Origin: Octopus sinensis
Taxonomy: Eukaryota
Length of the DNA stretch: 64,000 bases
Assembly: GCF_006345805.1 (NCBI RefSeq)
Contig: NC_043010.1
Coordinates: 8,308,001-8,372,000 of the forward strand
Direction of reading: 5' to 3'
The notes beneath the pieces are model-generated. The model saw nothing but the letters and a program-made list of their open reading frames with translations, was not told the origin of the DNA and made no database searches. Shown here in pieces: positions 1-12,739 of the stretch. Each line of letters begins with the position of its first letter. Within the stretch, counting starts at the first letter, position 1. The translations under genes were made by a program, and so were the position numbers.

Positions 1-322
1 ATATCCGATTGCAAGGTGTTGGTCCTCATAAATGACATGGTTAAAGAACCCTCAATATGGTTAGACGTACAGGACAAGACCCACGAAATCATCTCAACAT
101 GGACATTATTATGTATGTATGTGTGTGTGTGTGTTGTGTGTGTGCGTGTGTGTGCGTGTGTGTAGTGATACAGTGCAAAGAAAAAGACATTGGATGAAGA
201 ATTGATATCTGATTGCAAGGTGTTGGTCCTCACAAATGACATGGTTAAAGAACCCTCAAAATGGTTAGACGTACAGGACAAGACTCATGAAATCATGTCA
301 ATGTGGATATCATTATGTATGT
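1..322. repeat. Direct tandem duplication (~204-bp period) of a ~110-bp unit plus (TG)n
   Basis: ATATC(C/T)GATTGCAAGGTGTTGGTCCTCA...GGACAAGAC starts at 1 and 205 with scattered substitutions. Confidence 0.85.
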
Positions 323-1512
323 GTTTGTGTATGTGTGTGCGGGTAGAAGGGTGTGTGTGTGTGTGGTGTGTTTGTGCGTGTGCGTGTGTGTGTATGTGTG
401 CGTGCATGCATTTGTGCGTGCTTGTGTGTAGTGATATAGTGTATAGAAAAAGGGGAACGAACTCGAAATAAGTTGAAGAGTTCATTTATGCATCTATTGG
501 AAGTTTCAATTTCCAGTAACTTAATATAATATAAACACACACATACACACATGCACACACACAGATGAATATATGCATGATTATGGTAATTGAATAAATT
601 TAAATACTGTATGTACAAATAGGGAGGCTAGTCTGTACAAACATGAATTCACAATTATTGATACAAATACACATAACACCAGCAAACATCCACGAACATA
701 CCAACATACATCCATATATGCATACATACACGCACACACATATATATTAATATGTAAATGTATGTACACACACACACATAGAAAAATACACACACATGTA
801 TATATGTGTCTGTATGTGTGTATGCATATAAATATGTAAATACATACATATACTCACAAGCATTGTGTAATATTATAAATTTAAGTGCTGTGTGAATTCA
901 CTGCTGTGAATGGTACGTTCATAAATACACAAACTATTCATATAAATGGATATTAAACACACCAATATACACATATATGCATATACACCCACTATTTGTA
1001 TACATTTGCATTTGCAAGTTTGATAAATATGACAGTATCATTTGACTGGTGGTCAAGGGATTACTTGTCCAAAGATAGCCATAACACATACATTCACTCA
1101 GTGTCTGTTCATTAACTAATGCATACAATTTAGTGAAAGATCTCAGTCTAAATATTGCAGATACCTTTAACTTTGGAATTTTACAAAATTACACAAAGGA
1201 ACAAAATCAATTACAATTGATTTCTTAAATAGATTTGTGTTTGAGAGAGAGAGAGTTTTTGCTCTTGAGTTAATAAGTTTCATTTGTAAAAACAGCAAAT
1301 TGGAGACAAATGTGTGAGTTAATTAGGAGAGTAATTAAGTGTTTTTGTACATCAAGAATGGTTTGTTCTATTTTTTTTCTTCGTTTAGCCACATGTTTCT
1401 GAGTTCTGTCCCCCTGCATGATATCTAGGGTACGGCAAGTGTTTCCTACTACAGCATGGACCAACCAAATTCTGAGTGGATTTGGTAGACAGAAACTGAA
1501 AGAAGCCCAAAT

Positions 1513-1556
<44 letters not shown>

Positions 1557-1559
<3 letters not shown>

Positions 1560-1760
1560 AGAGTTTACGAAAAAAACAAAAGACGAAGACAGGTGGTGTA
1601 CAAAACAAACAGATGTATTAGTATAATGCTCAGGAATAGAAAAAGTTGTTTATGTTTCGAGCCTACGCTCGTCTACAGAAAGGGACACAGAAAAACAAGG
1701 CGAGAAACAAGGAGAGAAAAAAATGTGTGTAGCGGCTAATGATCTATCATGGCAACTGAT
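1557..1760 (-). mobile_element. ~200-bp Penelope-like short element in (TA)n with hammerhead-like motif
   Basis: Reverse-complement homolog of 57590-57803; minus strand CTGTAGA-C-GAGCGTAGGCTC-GAAACAT; TA repeats on both sides. Confidence 0.6.
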
Positions 1761-2068
1761 ATATATATATATATATATAATTTTTGAATATATATAGTTG
1801 CTCGTGTTATATGTATTTGTATCAATAATTGTGAATTCATGTTTGTACAGACTAGCCTCCCTATATCTTCATGTTTGTTATATTATAATAATTACTGGTA
1901 TCCTTGTATATTACTATATTTTATATCTTATATGTAAAGCATAATATGTTATATGTATGTATGTATATTATTGTAATTATCAGTTTAGTAAATAAATAAA
2001 TAAGTTAACATAATATAATGTCTAAAAGTTGATGAACCACCTATTGATCTCCTCCATTTTCTTATTGC

Positions 2069-2115
<47 letters not shown>

Positions 2116-2434
2116 TTATGTCTGATCCTTTTGCTTCTCCTACACCACGGTTTTAAACCAGTTTGGATTGTTTACATCCTTGTAACTTAGCAGTTCAGTA
2201 AAACGAAACTGATAGGATAAGTATCAGGTTTAAAAAAAATAAAAGTAAGTACTGGGGTCCACTCATTTGACTAAAATCAATCAAAGTATTGCTCCAGCAT
2301 GGCTGTAGTTCAATGACTGGAATAAGTGAAAGGTTAAAAGAAATCTTGGCACATTAAGCAATCCTCAGTCAAATTATTTTACTTTGCAGTAAATTTAGGA
2401 GTCACCATTTCTAAATATTTGTATTATAAGAAAC

Positions 2435-3061
2435 ATCATCCTCATCATCATCATTTAACATCCGTTTTCTGTGCTAGCATGGGTTGGGCGGTTTGACCAG
2501 GGTCTGGGAAGCCAGGAGGCTGCACCAGGCTCCAGTCTGATCTGGCAGTGTTTCTACAGCTGGATGCCCTTCCTAATGCCAACCACTCCATGAGTGTAGT
2601 GGGTGCTTTTTAATGGCCAGGCGAGGCTGGCAGCGGCCACGATCATTTGGTGCTTTTTACATGCCACTGACACAGAAGCCAGTCAAGGCGGCTCTGGCAT
2701 CAGCCACTTTCAGATGATGCTTTTTACGAGCCACCGGCACAGGTATCATAATAACAATTTCCATTTGATATTTATTTTGATGTTGATGTACTTGACTCAA
2801 TAGGTCTCCTCAAGCACAGCAGGTCACCCTACAATCCAAGGTAAGCACAGCAGGTCATTCTGCAATCCAAGTTTACTTTGGATGGGCTGGGGCTATACGA
2901 AACTGGTGCAGGAGCAGCCATGAACTCACGTTATTTGTCAGGTCTTTGCAGTCACAGCATATCTCCAGAGGTCTCGGTCTTTCGTCATTGCCTCTGTGAG
3001 GCCCAACGTTCGAAGGTGATGCTTGACTACCTCATCCCATGTCTTCCTGGGTCTACCTCTA
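2435..3061 (-). mobile_element. RTE LINE 3' fragment (end of ORF, 3' UTR, (GAT)n tail)
   Basis: Minus strand encodes GRPRKTWDEVV; UTR matches 34350-35051; (CAT)n at left edge. Confidence 0.85.
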
Positions 3062-3439
3062 CTTGTTAATTTGAAAACCACTTCTTAATGCTCTCTGTCT
3101 TATACATATTTCAATCTATATTCTGTTTATGAACAAGGATATGGCCTGCCTCTAATGATGACAGTTGCATAATATAGCTTTGCTCATTTGTTCCTGTTAG
3201 AAATGCATGCCTGCCTCTTTAGGTTAATGACTGGCAGTTAACATGTTGATAAGCATGAGTAAGTTCCTATTTCAATGTGAAAATAAGTTTAAGAATCAGA
3301 CGTTTAATTTATGAACCCCCTGCTACAGATATTTTTGGTCTATTTGCTTCTTTTATAAAACCTCTACGTATGAAATATTTCTTACATATACATATATATA
3401 TATGTACATGCACACACACACACATGTGTGCATATGTGC

Positions 3440-3471
<32 letters not shown>

Positions 3472-3474
<3 letters not shown>

Positions 3475-3762
3475 GAGGCACAATGGCCTAGTGGTTAGGG
3501 CAGCGGACATGTGGTCGTAGAATCGCGGTTTCGATTCCCAGACTGTGCGTTGTGAGTGTTTATTGAGCGAATACACCTAAAGCTCCATGAGGCTGTACTC
3601 TGGCGATCCTAGCTGTACTCTTTCGCCACAACTTTCTCTCACTCTTTCTTCTGTTGGCCTGCCCGCTTAGCCTGAGGGGTGGCATCATTTGAAAGCTAAG
3701 ACAATGCAAAGCGCATTGTGACCAGCGATGTGTAGCAACATCTGATAGCCTGGTCGGTCACG

Positions 3763-3766
<4 letters not shown>
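3472..3766 (+). mobile_element. tRNA-derived SINE, family C head, tail type 1
   Basis: A-box TGGCCTAGTGG and B-box-like GGTTTCGATTCCC; tail shared with 61313 copy. Confidence 0.85.
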
Positions 3767-3806
<40 letters not shown>

Positions 3807-3839
3807 CATACATACATACATACATACATACAAGGTACA

Positions 3840-4424
3840 AGGTGGCAAGCTGGCAGAAACGTTACTATGCCGGGCGAAATGCGTAGCCATATTTCGTCTG
3901 CCATTATGTTCTGAGTTCAAATTCCACCAAGGTCGACTTTGCCTTTCATCCTTTCAGGGGTAGATAAATTAAGTACCAGTTATGCACTGGGGTCGATGTA
4001 ATCGACTTAATTCCTTTGTCTGTCTTTGTTTTGTCCTTGTGGGTAGTAAAGAAATAGGTATTTCATCTGCTGTTATGTTCTGAGTTCAAATTCCGCTGAG
4101 GTCGACTTTGCCTTTCATCCTCTCAGGGTCGATAACTAAAGTACCAGTTACGCACTGGGTCAATGTAATCGACTTAATCCCTTTGTCTGTCTTTGTTTTG
4201 TCCTCTCTGTGTTTAGCCCCTTGTGGGTAGTAAAGAAATAGGTATTTCATCTGCTGTTATGTTCTGAGTTCAAATTCTGCTGAGGTCGACTTTGCCCTTC
4301 ATCCTTTCAGGGTCCATAAATTAAGTACCAGTTACGCACTGGGGTCGATGTAATCAACTTAATCCCTTTGTCTGTCCTTGTTTGTCCCCTCTGTGTTTAG
4401 CCCCTTGTGGGCAATAAAGAAATA
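3840..4424 (+). mobile_element. SINE family B (Meta/MESC-like core): one head plus three tandem bodies
   Basis: Core GGTCGACTTTGCCTTTCATCCTTTC.GGG...AAGTACCAG three times; tail TAAAGAAATA. Confidence 0.85.
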
Positions 4425-5020
4425 ACATATTATTGTTTTGATTTTTGCTCTTCAAAGTGTGCGTGAGGATTTATATATTGCACACATGAATGTATATATA
4501 TATATATGTGTGTGTGTGTGCGTGTGTATAAATTTATGCATCTCTGACTACACATGATTGTTTGTTCACATATGTCTTTTTATTATGATGTACAATTCCT
4601 TGTTTCTGCCTTCCCTTTAATTCCAGCATAATTACGCACGAATGTATATTTGTTTGTGTGTTTATATACATACCTCATACTATACATTTATCTTAATATT
4701 GTATGATTAGTTTCAGTTGTATGATTCATGTCTAAGTGTATACATACCTGTACCTACATTCTATTTGTTTATGTATGTGCGTGTCTACAGCTGTACTTGA
4801 TATTATACTTTTATGTTCGATATCGTGCAATCGTATTTGTTTGTACAATTTATGCCTTAAGTATATACGTACCTGTGGCTATATCTATTTATTTATTTAT
4901 TTGTATGTGTGTGACAAGTCTGTTAATAAATATTCATGGTTGGGCCATGTGTATATCTAGTTTTATATATATATATATACATATACATGTATATATGTGT
5001 GTGTGTGTGTGTGTTTGTAT

Positions 5021-5080
<60 letters not shown>

Positions 5081-5134
5081 GAAGGTTTGGAGATGATGTA
5101 CAGGTATTATGAACCATCTGATCTGATTACCTCA

Positions 5135-5183
<49 letters not shown>

Positions 5184-5384
5184 CATATATATATATACAT
5201 GTATATGTGTGTGTGTATATATATATATATATATAATATATATATATGTATATATATACATATATATATATGCATATATATGTATGTATATATATACATA
5301 CATATATATATATACATACATACATACATACATATATATATATACATACATACATACATACATATAAATATATATATATGTATG

Positions 5385-5418
<34 letters not shown>

Positions 5419-6409
5419 ATATATATATATATGTATGTATGTATATATATATGTATTATGTATATATATATGTATGTATATATGCATGTATGTGCATGCA
5501 TTTGGTTTTTCAATATATTTATATATTTATATTCAGTATGCCTATGATCGCATCTATGTAGATATATGCTTAGTATCCATACATCAACATAGTTTCTCTT
5601 GTTTTCTTTTTGCATGAAAGCTAGTGTATCCATATTTGTATACACACTAGTAACCCTCACCTGTCACCTTACTTTGTCCTTTTCTCATTTGCTTTTCTTT
5701 TTTCTCCCCCCCCTCTTTGCTCTTCCCTGGTTTTCTCTGTTATAATTTCATTACTCATTTTTATCTCTCATAAGAAACCAACATCCCAGCTTCAACACAA
5801 TGGCTGCTTAGCATTGATACCACGTATACATTAATGAGATTATTATCTGCTGTAGACTCTACAGTAATTTGCATGTGTTGATGAGAAAAGGAGATCACAT
5901 CCCTACCTATTTTGCTTGAGTAATCGGTGAGTAAGACACATCATTGATTCTTAACCAATTCCAATCTTCACTCTCATTTTTTACCCCTTTTTCTACTAGC
6001 CCAGTTTTGCATTCTTCTCTACAGCAGATTATTTTCCACGAAAAATGTCACGTGAACACGAGGAGAAAACACTACTCTTACAGACATTTGTAATGTTGCA
6101 TAACATACAGCTGATGTTCTTTTGAAACAGCTGTAGATCTCAACGACTTTTTCAATTCCTTCTATTTACAGATTTGAATATTACATTACAAGTAACAATT
6201 TTTGCTTCTGAGATGCAGTTGTATAGCACTTAACATCTTAGCAGTTTCTTCCTAATCTTAATACGGGACGAACTATATCTGATTAATAAATTTTGTTGAT
6301 CAATAATAGAGTCCTCTGTGTTCTTGATACAAGCCATGTTCATGCTAGAGACTAACAAACTGTGTTTTACCATGATCACTTCACAGATCCTTCTACATTA
6401 TTATTATCA

Positions 6410-6453
<44 letters not shown>

Positions 6454-6496
6454 GTTTTATTATTATTATCATCATTATTATTATTATTATTATTAT

Positions 6497-7124
6497 TCAG
6501 TAGTTTTATTTTTATAGCGTGCTTTCACTTCACTACCGAGCGCAGCTCTGTGTGCCTTGGGTATGTGCTGTGATTTGTTGTGATGCTCTGATGGTTATTG
6601 TATGGAAAGTGTTCTGCGTAGGATGTGTGCAGTGCCCAGTAGTGCAATTTTCTGTATGTTATATGTGTTTGTAAGTCCTGGTGTTTTTGTTATGTATTTG
6701 TCTGAATATTTTTTTATCATGCCTAATGCACCTACTATGATAGGAATTGTTTCTGCTTTCAGATTCCACATTCTAGTTACTTCTATTTCCAGGTCTTTTT
6801 ATTTTGAAAGTTTCTCCATTTCTTTTAGAGACACGTTGTCATCTGCTGGTATTGATACATCAATTAGAAAGCATTTTGTTTTCTTCCTGATCTCTGACAA
6901 CTATATCTGGTCTATTGGCCTTAATTTCTCTATCAGTGTGTATTGGCATATTCCAGAGTATGGTTGCTTTCTCGTTTTCTGTGACCTTTTCTGGCGTGTC
7001 CCTATACCATCATTTTTCTGTTGTTATTCCATAATGTTGGCATAGCTTCCAGTGTATAAAGGTCCCAACTCTGTCATGTCTGTGAATATATTCCTTCTTA
7101 GCCAGGACTGGGCAGCCAGAGATA

Positions 7125-7126
<2 letters not shown>
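6497..7126 (-). mobile_element. 5'-truncated R4/Dong-type retrotransposon (RLE domain and 3' UTR) in (TAA)n, frameshifted
   Basis: Closely similar to 7217-7999; one extra base near 6878; (ATT)n flanks. Confidence 0.9.
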
Positions 7127-7216
<90 letters not shown>

Positions 7217-7220
<4 letters not shown>

Positions 7221-7999
7221 TAGTTTTATTTTTATAGCGTGCTTTCACTTCACTACCGAGCGCAGCTCTGTGTGCCTTGGGTATGTGCTGTGATTTGTTG
7301 TGATGCTCTGATGGTTATTGTATGGAAAGTGTTCTGCGTAGGATGTGTGCAGTGCCTAGTAGTGCAATTTTCTGTATGTTATATATGTTTGTAAGTCCTG
7401 GTGTTTTTGTTATGTATTTGTCTGAATATTTTTTTATCATGCCTAATGCACCTACTATGATAGGAATTGTTTCTGTTTTCAGGTTCCACATTCTAGTTAC
7501 CTCTATTTCCAGGTCTTTGTATTTTGAGAGTTTCTCCATTTCTTTTTGAGACACGTTGTCATCTGCTGGTATTGATACATCAATTAGAAAGCATTTTTTT
7601 TCTTCATGATCTTTGACAACTATATCTGGTCTGTTGGCCTTAATTTCTCTATCTGTATGTATCGGCATATCCCAGAGTATGGTTGCTTTCTCGTTTTCTG
7701 TGACCTTTTCTGGTGTGTGCCTATACCATCTTTTTTCTGTTGTTATTCCATAATGTTGGCATAGCTTCCAATGTATGTAGGTTCCAACTCTGTCATGTCT
7801 GTGAATATATTCCTTCTTAGCCAGGACTGGGCAGCTAGAGATAATATGATTTATTGTTTCTTGTCCATCTCCACATATTCTGCAGTTACTTGTAATATTT
7901 CTTTTCATTACATGTTTTTGGTAATTTCTGGTGGAGAGGCTTTGGTCTTGTGCTGCAATTAAAAATCCCTCTGTTTCTGCTTTGAGTCCTGCTTTGATT
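7217..7999 (-). mobile_element. 5'-truncated R4/Dong-type retrotransposon in (TAA)n
   Basis: Open frame with ETEGFLIAAQDQ, CCHC (CRIC...HIISSC), RHD, RPD...D...K..KY restriction-like endonuclease, PIIVGALG. Confidence 0.93.
7315..7997 (-). pseudogene. Uninterrupted C-terminal CCHC plus PD-(D/E)xK endonuclease of an R4/Dong ORF (no RT, no own start)
   Basis: C-terminal part of ORF 7315..8283; the N-terminal part is microsatellite read-through. Confidence 0.88.
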
Positions 8000-8129
8000 T
8001 TAATAATTATTATTATTATTATTTTTATTATTCTAATAATAATAATTATTATTATTATTATTATTATTATCATCATTATTATTATTATTATTATTCTTAT
8101 TATTCTTCTTATTATTATTATTATTATTA

Positions 8130-8200
<71 letters not shown>

Positions 8201-8201
8201 G

Positions 8202-9230
8202 TGAATGAGAGAGCAGTACATGCTTTCAAAGTTACACTGAGGTAAAATATATGAAGCCCAATATATATTTCTTTACTACCCACAAGGGGCTAAACACAGA
8301 GGAGACAAACAAGGACAAACAAAGGAATTAAGTCGATTACATCGACCCCAGTGCGTAAGTGGTACTTAATTTATCGACCCCAGAAGGATGAAAGGCACAG
8401 TCGACCTCGGCGGAATTTGAACTCGGAACGTAATGGCAGACGAAATACGGCAACGCATTTCGCCCGGCGTGCTAACGTTTCTGCCAGCTCACCCAATATA
8501 ACCATCATGACTACCCAGGCACATGCATCACAACCATATGTGCACAACATGGTGATATCATATCAAGATAAACAGCACATAACCTTGCAGGTGGGACCCT
8601 GTTAGAATTTTCTTCTAGTCAAGTAGCCCATCCCACTCAAAAGATCCCTCAAAATGGTTTCTTTAAGGATGATGAATGAAACACCTAAGTTTTCAGAGGT
8701 GAATTATTATTCAAACCACAAAGAATCCCTCTCAACACATGGCTGTGATGTTCCCCCACTACTCCTGCTCATGATCAGAGATGCACATATCGTCAGCCAC
8801 TAAGGAACATGCTCAACTGGTTAAGGTCAAACAACTGACAAACAAATCTGTGGTATTGAGCAAAATATTTGGTGTGGCCCTTCTTTTATACCTATTTCTT
8901 TATTACTCACAAGGGGCTAAACACAGAGGGGACAAACAAGGACAGATATAGGTATTAAGTCGATTACATCGACCCCAGTGCATAACTGGTACTTAATTTA
9001 TCGACCCCGAAAGGATGAAAGGTAAAATCGACCTCGGCGGAATTTGAACTCACAACGTAACGCAGACGAAATACCGCTAAGCATTTCGCCCGGCGTGCTA
9101 ATGTTTCTGCCAGCTCGCCGCCTCGCTCGCCCTTCTTTTATACCAAGACAAAACAATGTATATGATAACACTTCCAGTCAGTTAAGATCAAAAGCCATGA
9201 GAGCTACTGTCTGGTACTGCATCAGGGCAT
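8202..9230 (-). mobile_element. (TAA)n-associated ~550-bp non-coding element, interrupted by two family-B SINEs
   Basis: Homologous to 11975-12523 and 29961-30516; inserts at ~8266-8491 and ~8893-9128, the latter with 16-bp TSD GCCCTTCTTTTATACC. Confidence 0.85.
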
Positions 9231-9537
9231 TTATTATTATGATTATTATTATTATTATTATAGACCTCGCACAGTATACAATATCATGAGGTTGTTGATT
9301 GAAAATATCGTGCCTACCAGCAGTTTGTACTCTTTGACAAATCACAACAAGGATCTCAGACAGACAGTACTTCATGCAATATGAGTGCAGTTCCAAGTAA
9401 TGCTGACTTTTGCAATACACTTAGATTGTAGGGTATTTCTAATGTTTTCAGATGTTTTTCTTAGATTGGGTGGTATTTGCTCTGATGACAATAGAGATAA
9501 CATTTATGTTTGACTCTCATACCTGCACATCTTAATG

Positions 9538-9572
<35 letters not shown>

Positions 9573-9594
9573 CATTATCATCATTATTATTATA

Positions 9595-9795
9595 ATATTA
9601 TTATTATTATCATTATCATCATTATTATTATTAATATTATTATTATTATCATTATCATCATTATTATTATTAATATTATTATTATTATCATTATCATCAT
9701 TATTATTATTAATATTATTATTATTATCATTATCATCATTATTATTATTAATATTATTATTATTATCATTATCATTATTATTATTATATTATTAT
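9595..9795. repeat. Higher-order 39-bp repeat built from ATT/ATC triplets (~5 units)
   Basis: AATATTATTATTATTATCATTATCATCATTATTATTATT repeated. Confidence 0.85.
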
Positions 9796-10278
9796 TATTA
9801 TTATTATTATATAAAAGGCTGGCTTGCACACAAAGGCAAGGTATACAATCCATGCTGCCCATGAAGACTACAGCTTACTCATGTCAGTTATGCAAGCTCT
9901 TCTGTTACCTGACAGCATCGTTACCTACCACGTGACAAATGTTGTTGCTACAGGTGCTAATTGACTGCCTGGTGCCAATACCTTGTCTACACCACCATGT
10001 GCAGCATCTAGTGTAACGAACTAGTGTTGGTGAATACATCATCCTGCAGAATGCTGACAAAGTGATGTCAACATCCTAATTAAATATAATAACTGATGTC
10101 ACTTTGATAGCATAAACAACCACATGACCTGAACTGACCATTGGATGCCTAAATACCCAGAAGCTACTTTGAATTTCTTCTAAGTTCTCTCTGCTCTCTA
10201 CAAACATCTAACGAGATTATTCCCTTGTTACCAAAATTGAAGTCCATAGTTGATACCATCAAATTCACTAACTGAAAA

Positions 10279-10678
10279 TCTTCATATATAAAAGTGAAGT
10301 TGTGCTGTCTGTCTCCTACGATTTAGATTCCTAACTACTTCCACATTTTGCGATGCAGTGTAACCAAAAGCGGGTATCTTATAGTCGTGATTCATATCGA
10401 GCCCTTCTGGGTATTAGCACGCATCTACGATGAGTCTACGATTTTAAAAAAATTTACCATCATTTTTTCCCATTTTTAATGCATTTTTTTTGCTATTATA
10501 TAAGGGAAGTAACTCTCTAAAAATGTATTATTAAATCTCAGAACGTAAAAAGCTACAGTAACACCTGCCCCTCTTTGTGGTTAGCCATATTGAGATGGCT
10601 ATTATACTTTACATCTCTAAAAATGCTTATATAGTTATTTCCCTTACAAACCCGAGCAACGCTGGGCGATACTGCTAG
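10279..10678 (+). mobile_element. Non-autonomous Helitron-type element
   Basis: A|TC 5' end, subterminal hairpin CCCGAGCAACGCTGGG, CTAG|T 3' end; copies at 39738 and 45904. Confidence 0.8.
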
Positions 10679-10795
10679 TACCCTTATAAAACAAATATTG
10701 GGGTTGAAGGTATCTGCTAAGCCCCTCCCCTCAAAACTAAGAGCCTTTTCAGTTCTAATGATACAACTGTTAGTGCCATAACTTTTGCCTTTTTT

Positions 10796-10925
10796 ACCTT
10801 TAGCATATGGTAGATGCATCATGTTGCTGTACGAGTTTTCTCCCCTCTCAATGCAATACAATGCACCTGCAACTACAGGGGAGATAACTTATGTGGTGCC
10901 ATGATGTGCCAAAGCATGCTAAAGG
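10796..10925. mobile_element. Short piggyBac-like MITE remnant
   Basis: CCTTTTAGCAT...ATGCTAAAGG|TTAA termini like those of 22401-23043. Confidence 0.45.
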
Positions 10926-11574
10926 TTAATTAGATAATTTCTCATCTGTTGTACTACTCTTACAGACATTTGAAATGTTGCATAACATACAGCTGATGTT
11001 CTTTTGAAACAGCTGTAGAGCTCAACGACCTTTTCCATTCCTTCTATTTACAGATTTGAATATTACATTACAAGTAACAATTTTTGCTTCTGAGATGCAG
11101 TTGTATAGCACTTATCATCTTAGCAGTTTCTTCCTAATCTTAATACGGGACGAACTATATCTGATTAATAAATTTAACTTCCTTTAGTCTTTTCATACAG
11201 TGAGATTATATAATTTTTCTCTTGGCTCTTCTGGATTATCTCATATAGCAAAGAAACGTTGCAAAACTCTCCCATCTACAATTTTTTCCCCTCTAATTGT
11301 GTTGCATTCAAAATTCCTGTTTGTTCGTTTCGTGTTGAGGGATGGTTTGTTTCCACACAGATGCTATATGATAAACCCACAATATTTGGTATCATGTAAA
11401 AGTTGCTGTTGTTGTGCTTGCTGTTGTTGTGTTGCTGTTGTCCCTGGCACTCCCTTCCAAATGATTTATTTGCATGTTTGAGATATTCCCTTTTAGTTAT
11501 TGTTCGCTGTACTCTCTCTTTTCTCTCTCTTTTACTTGTTTCCTATGTAGCAATTTTACAGTTTCCTATGTAGC

Positions 11575-11950
11575 AATTTTGCTACCTGGTTGTGTCACCA
11601 CAACTTGTAGTGCTTTTGGGCAAGTCTAGGGCATTTGTTCGTAATATGGGCAATGGTTTCATCCACTCTATTGCAGATGCAGCACAGCAGAGACACTTGC
11701 TTATTCCTAACGTTGACCCCCCCACCTCATGGCCAAAGCTTGGTCTTGCACTGCCAGTATAATGCACCCAGCCTCTTTTCTTAGGGTTCCTTTCATCAGC
11801 AAATCCCATCTATTTTTTTCCAGCAACTTCTGTTGTGGCTACATGGAATTGATTTTGTAGTCCTTTCTTGCATAATTCTTCTTCATGTCCTTTTTGAAAT
11901 TCTTCCTTTGTTTCCCCTTTTTTCTCTGCTCTAAATACTCCCTCTTTCCT
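11575..11950 (-). mobile_element. Degenerate R4/Dong fragment of a second subfamily (CCHC region)
   Basis: Manual translation: KGTLRKEAGCIILAVQDQAL...CCICNRVDETIAHITNKCPRLAQKHYKLW*HNQVAK; abuts (ATT)n at 11951. Confidence 0.8.
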
Positions 11951-11974
11951 AATTATTATTATTATTATTATTAT

Positions 11975-12523
11975 TGAGTGAGAGAGCAGTGCATGCCATC
12001 AAAGTGACACTGGGGTACAAATATACGAAGCCCAGTATACCCATCATGACTACCCGTCTGATAAGGGTACTCCAGGCACATGCATCACAACCATATGTGC
12101 GCGACATGGTGATCTCATATCAAGATAAACAGCACATGACCTTGCAGGTGGGGCCCAGTTAGAATTTTCTTCAGGTTGAGTAGCCCATCCCACTCAAAAG
12201 GTCCCTGAATAAGGGTTGCTTTAGGATGATGAACGAAACACCCATGTTTCCAAAGGTGAATTATTAAAACCCCAAAGAATCCCTCTCAACACATGGCTAT
12301 GATGCTCCCCCACTACTTCTGCTCGTGATCAGAGATGCACATATTGTCAGCAACTAAGGGACATACTCAACTGGTTAAGGTCAAACAACTGACAAGCAAA
12401 TCTGTGGTATTGAGCAGAATATTTTCTGTAGCCCATCTTTTATACCAAGACAAAACAATGTACATGAAAATACTTCCAGTCAGTTAAGATCAGAAGCCAC
12501 GAGAGCCGCTGCCTGGTACTGCA
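11975..12523 (-). mobile_element. (TAA)n-associated ~550-bp non-coding element, near full length
   Basis: (ATT)n on both sides; five homologous copies in the window. Confidence 0.88.
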
Positions 12524-12533
12524 ATCATTATTA

Positions 12534-12573
<40 letters not shown>

Positions 12574-12739
12574 TCTGATTTAGGTACAAGGCCAAGAGTT
12601 TTTAGGGGCAGGAATTGATCTCAGACCATAAGGAAAAAAACCAAAAAAAAAAAATACAGAAGAACTACTGTGATGCATTTTGTCTGTTGCTCTGACGATT
12701 CTTCCAAGCTACAATTAATAATTTGTGCTTTGGCAAAAA

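Noticed and set aside
3880-4424. CRISPR-like or satellite array
   Set aside because: Units are SINE bodies with no unique spacers; eukaryotic context.
4728-5660. Many YI/CV/HT/poly-I ORFs here and throughout the window
   Set aside because: Microsatellite translations.
6602-7045. Plus-strand 147-aa ORF
   Set aside because: Antisense shadow of the Dong ORF.
7998-8283. N-terminal poly-Ile extension giving the Dong endonuclease an apparent start
   Set aside because: Chance read-through of (ATA)n and the neighbouring repeat; no evidence of expression.
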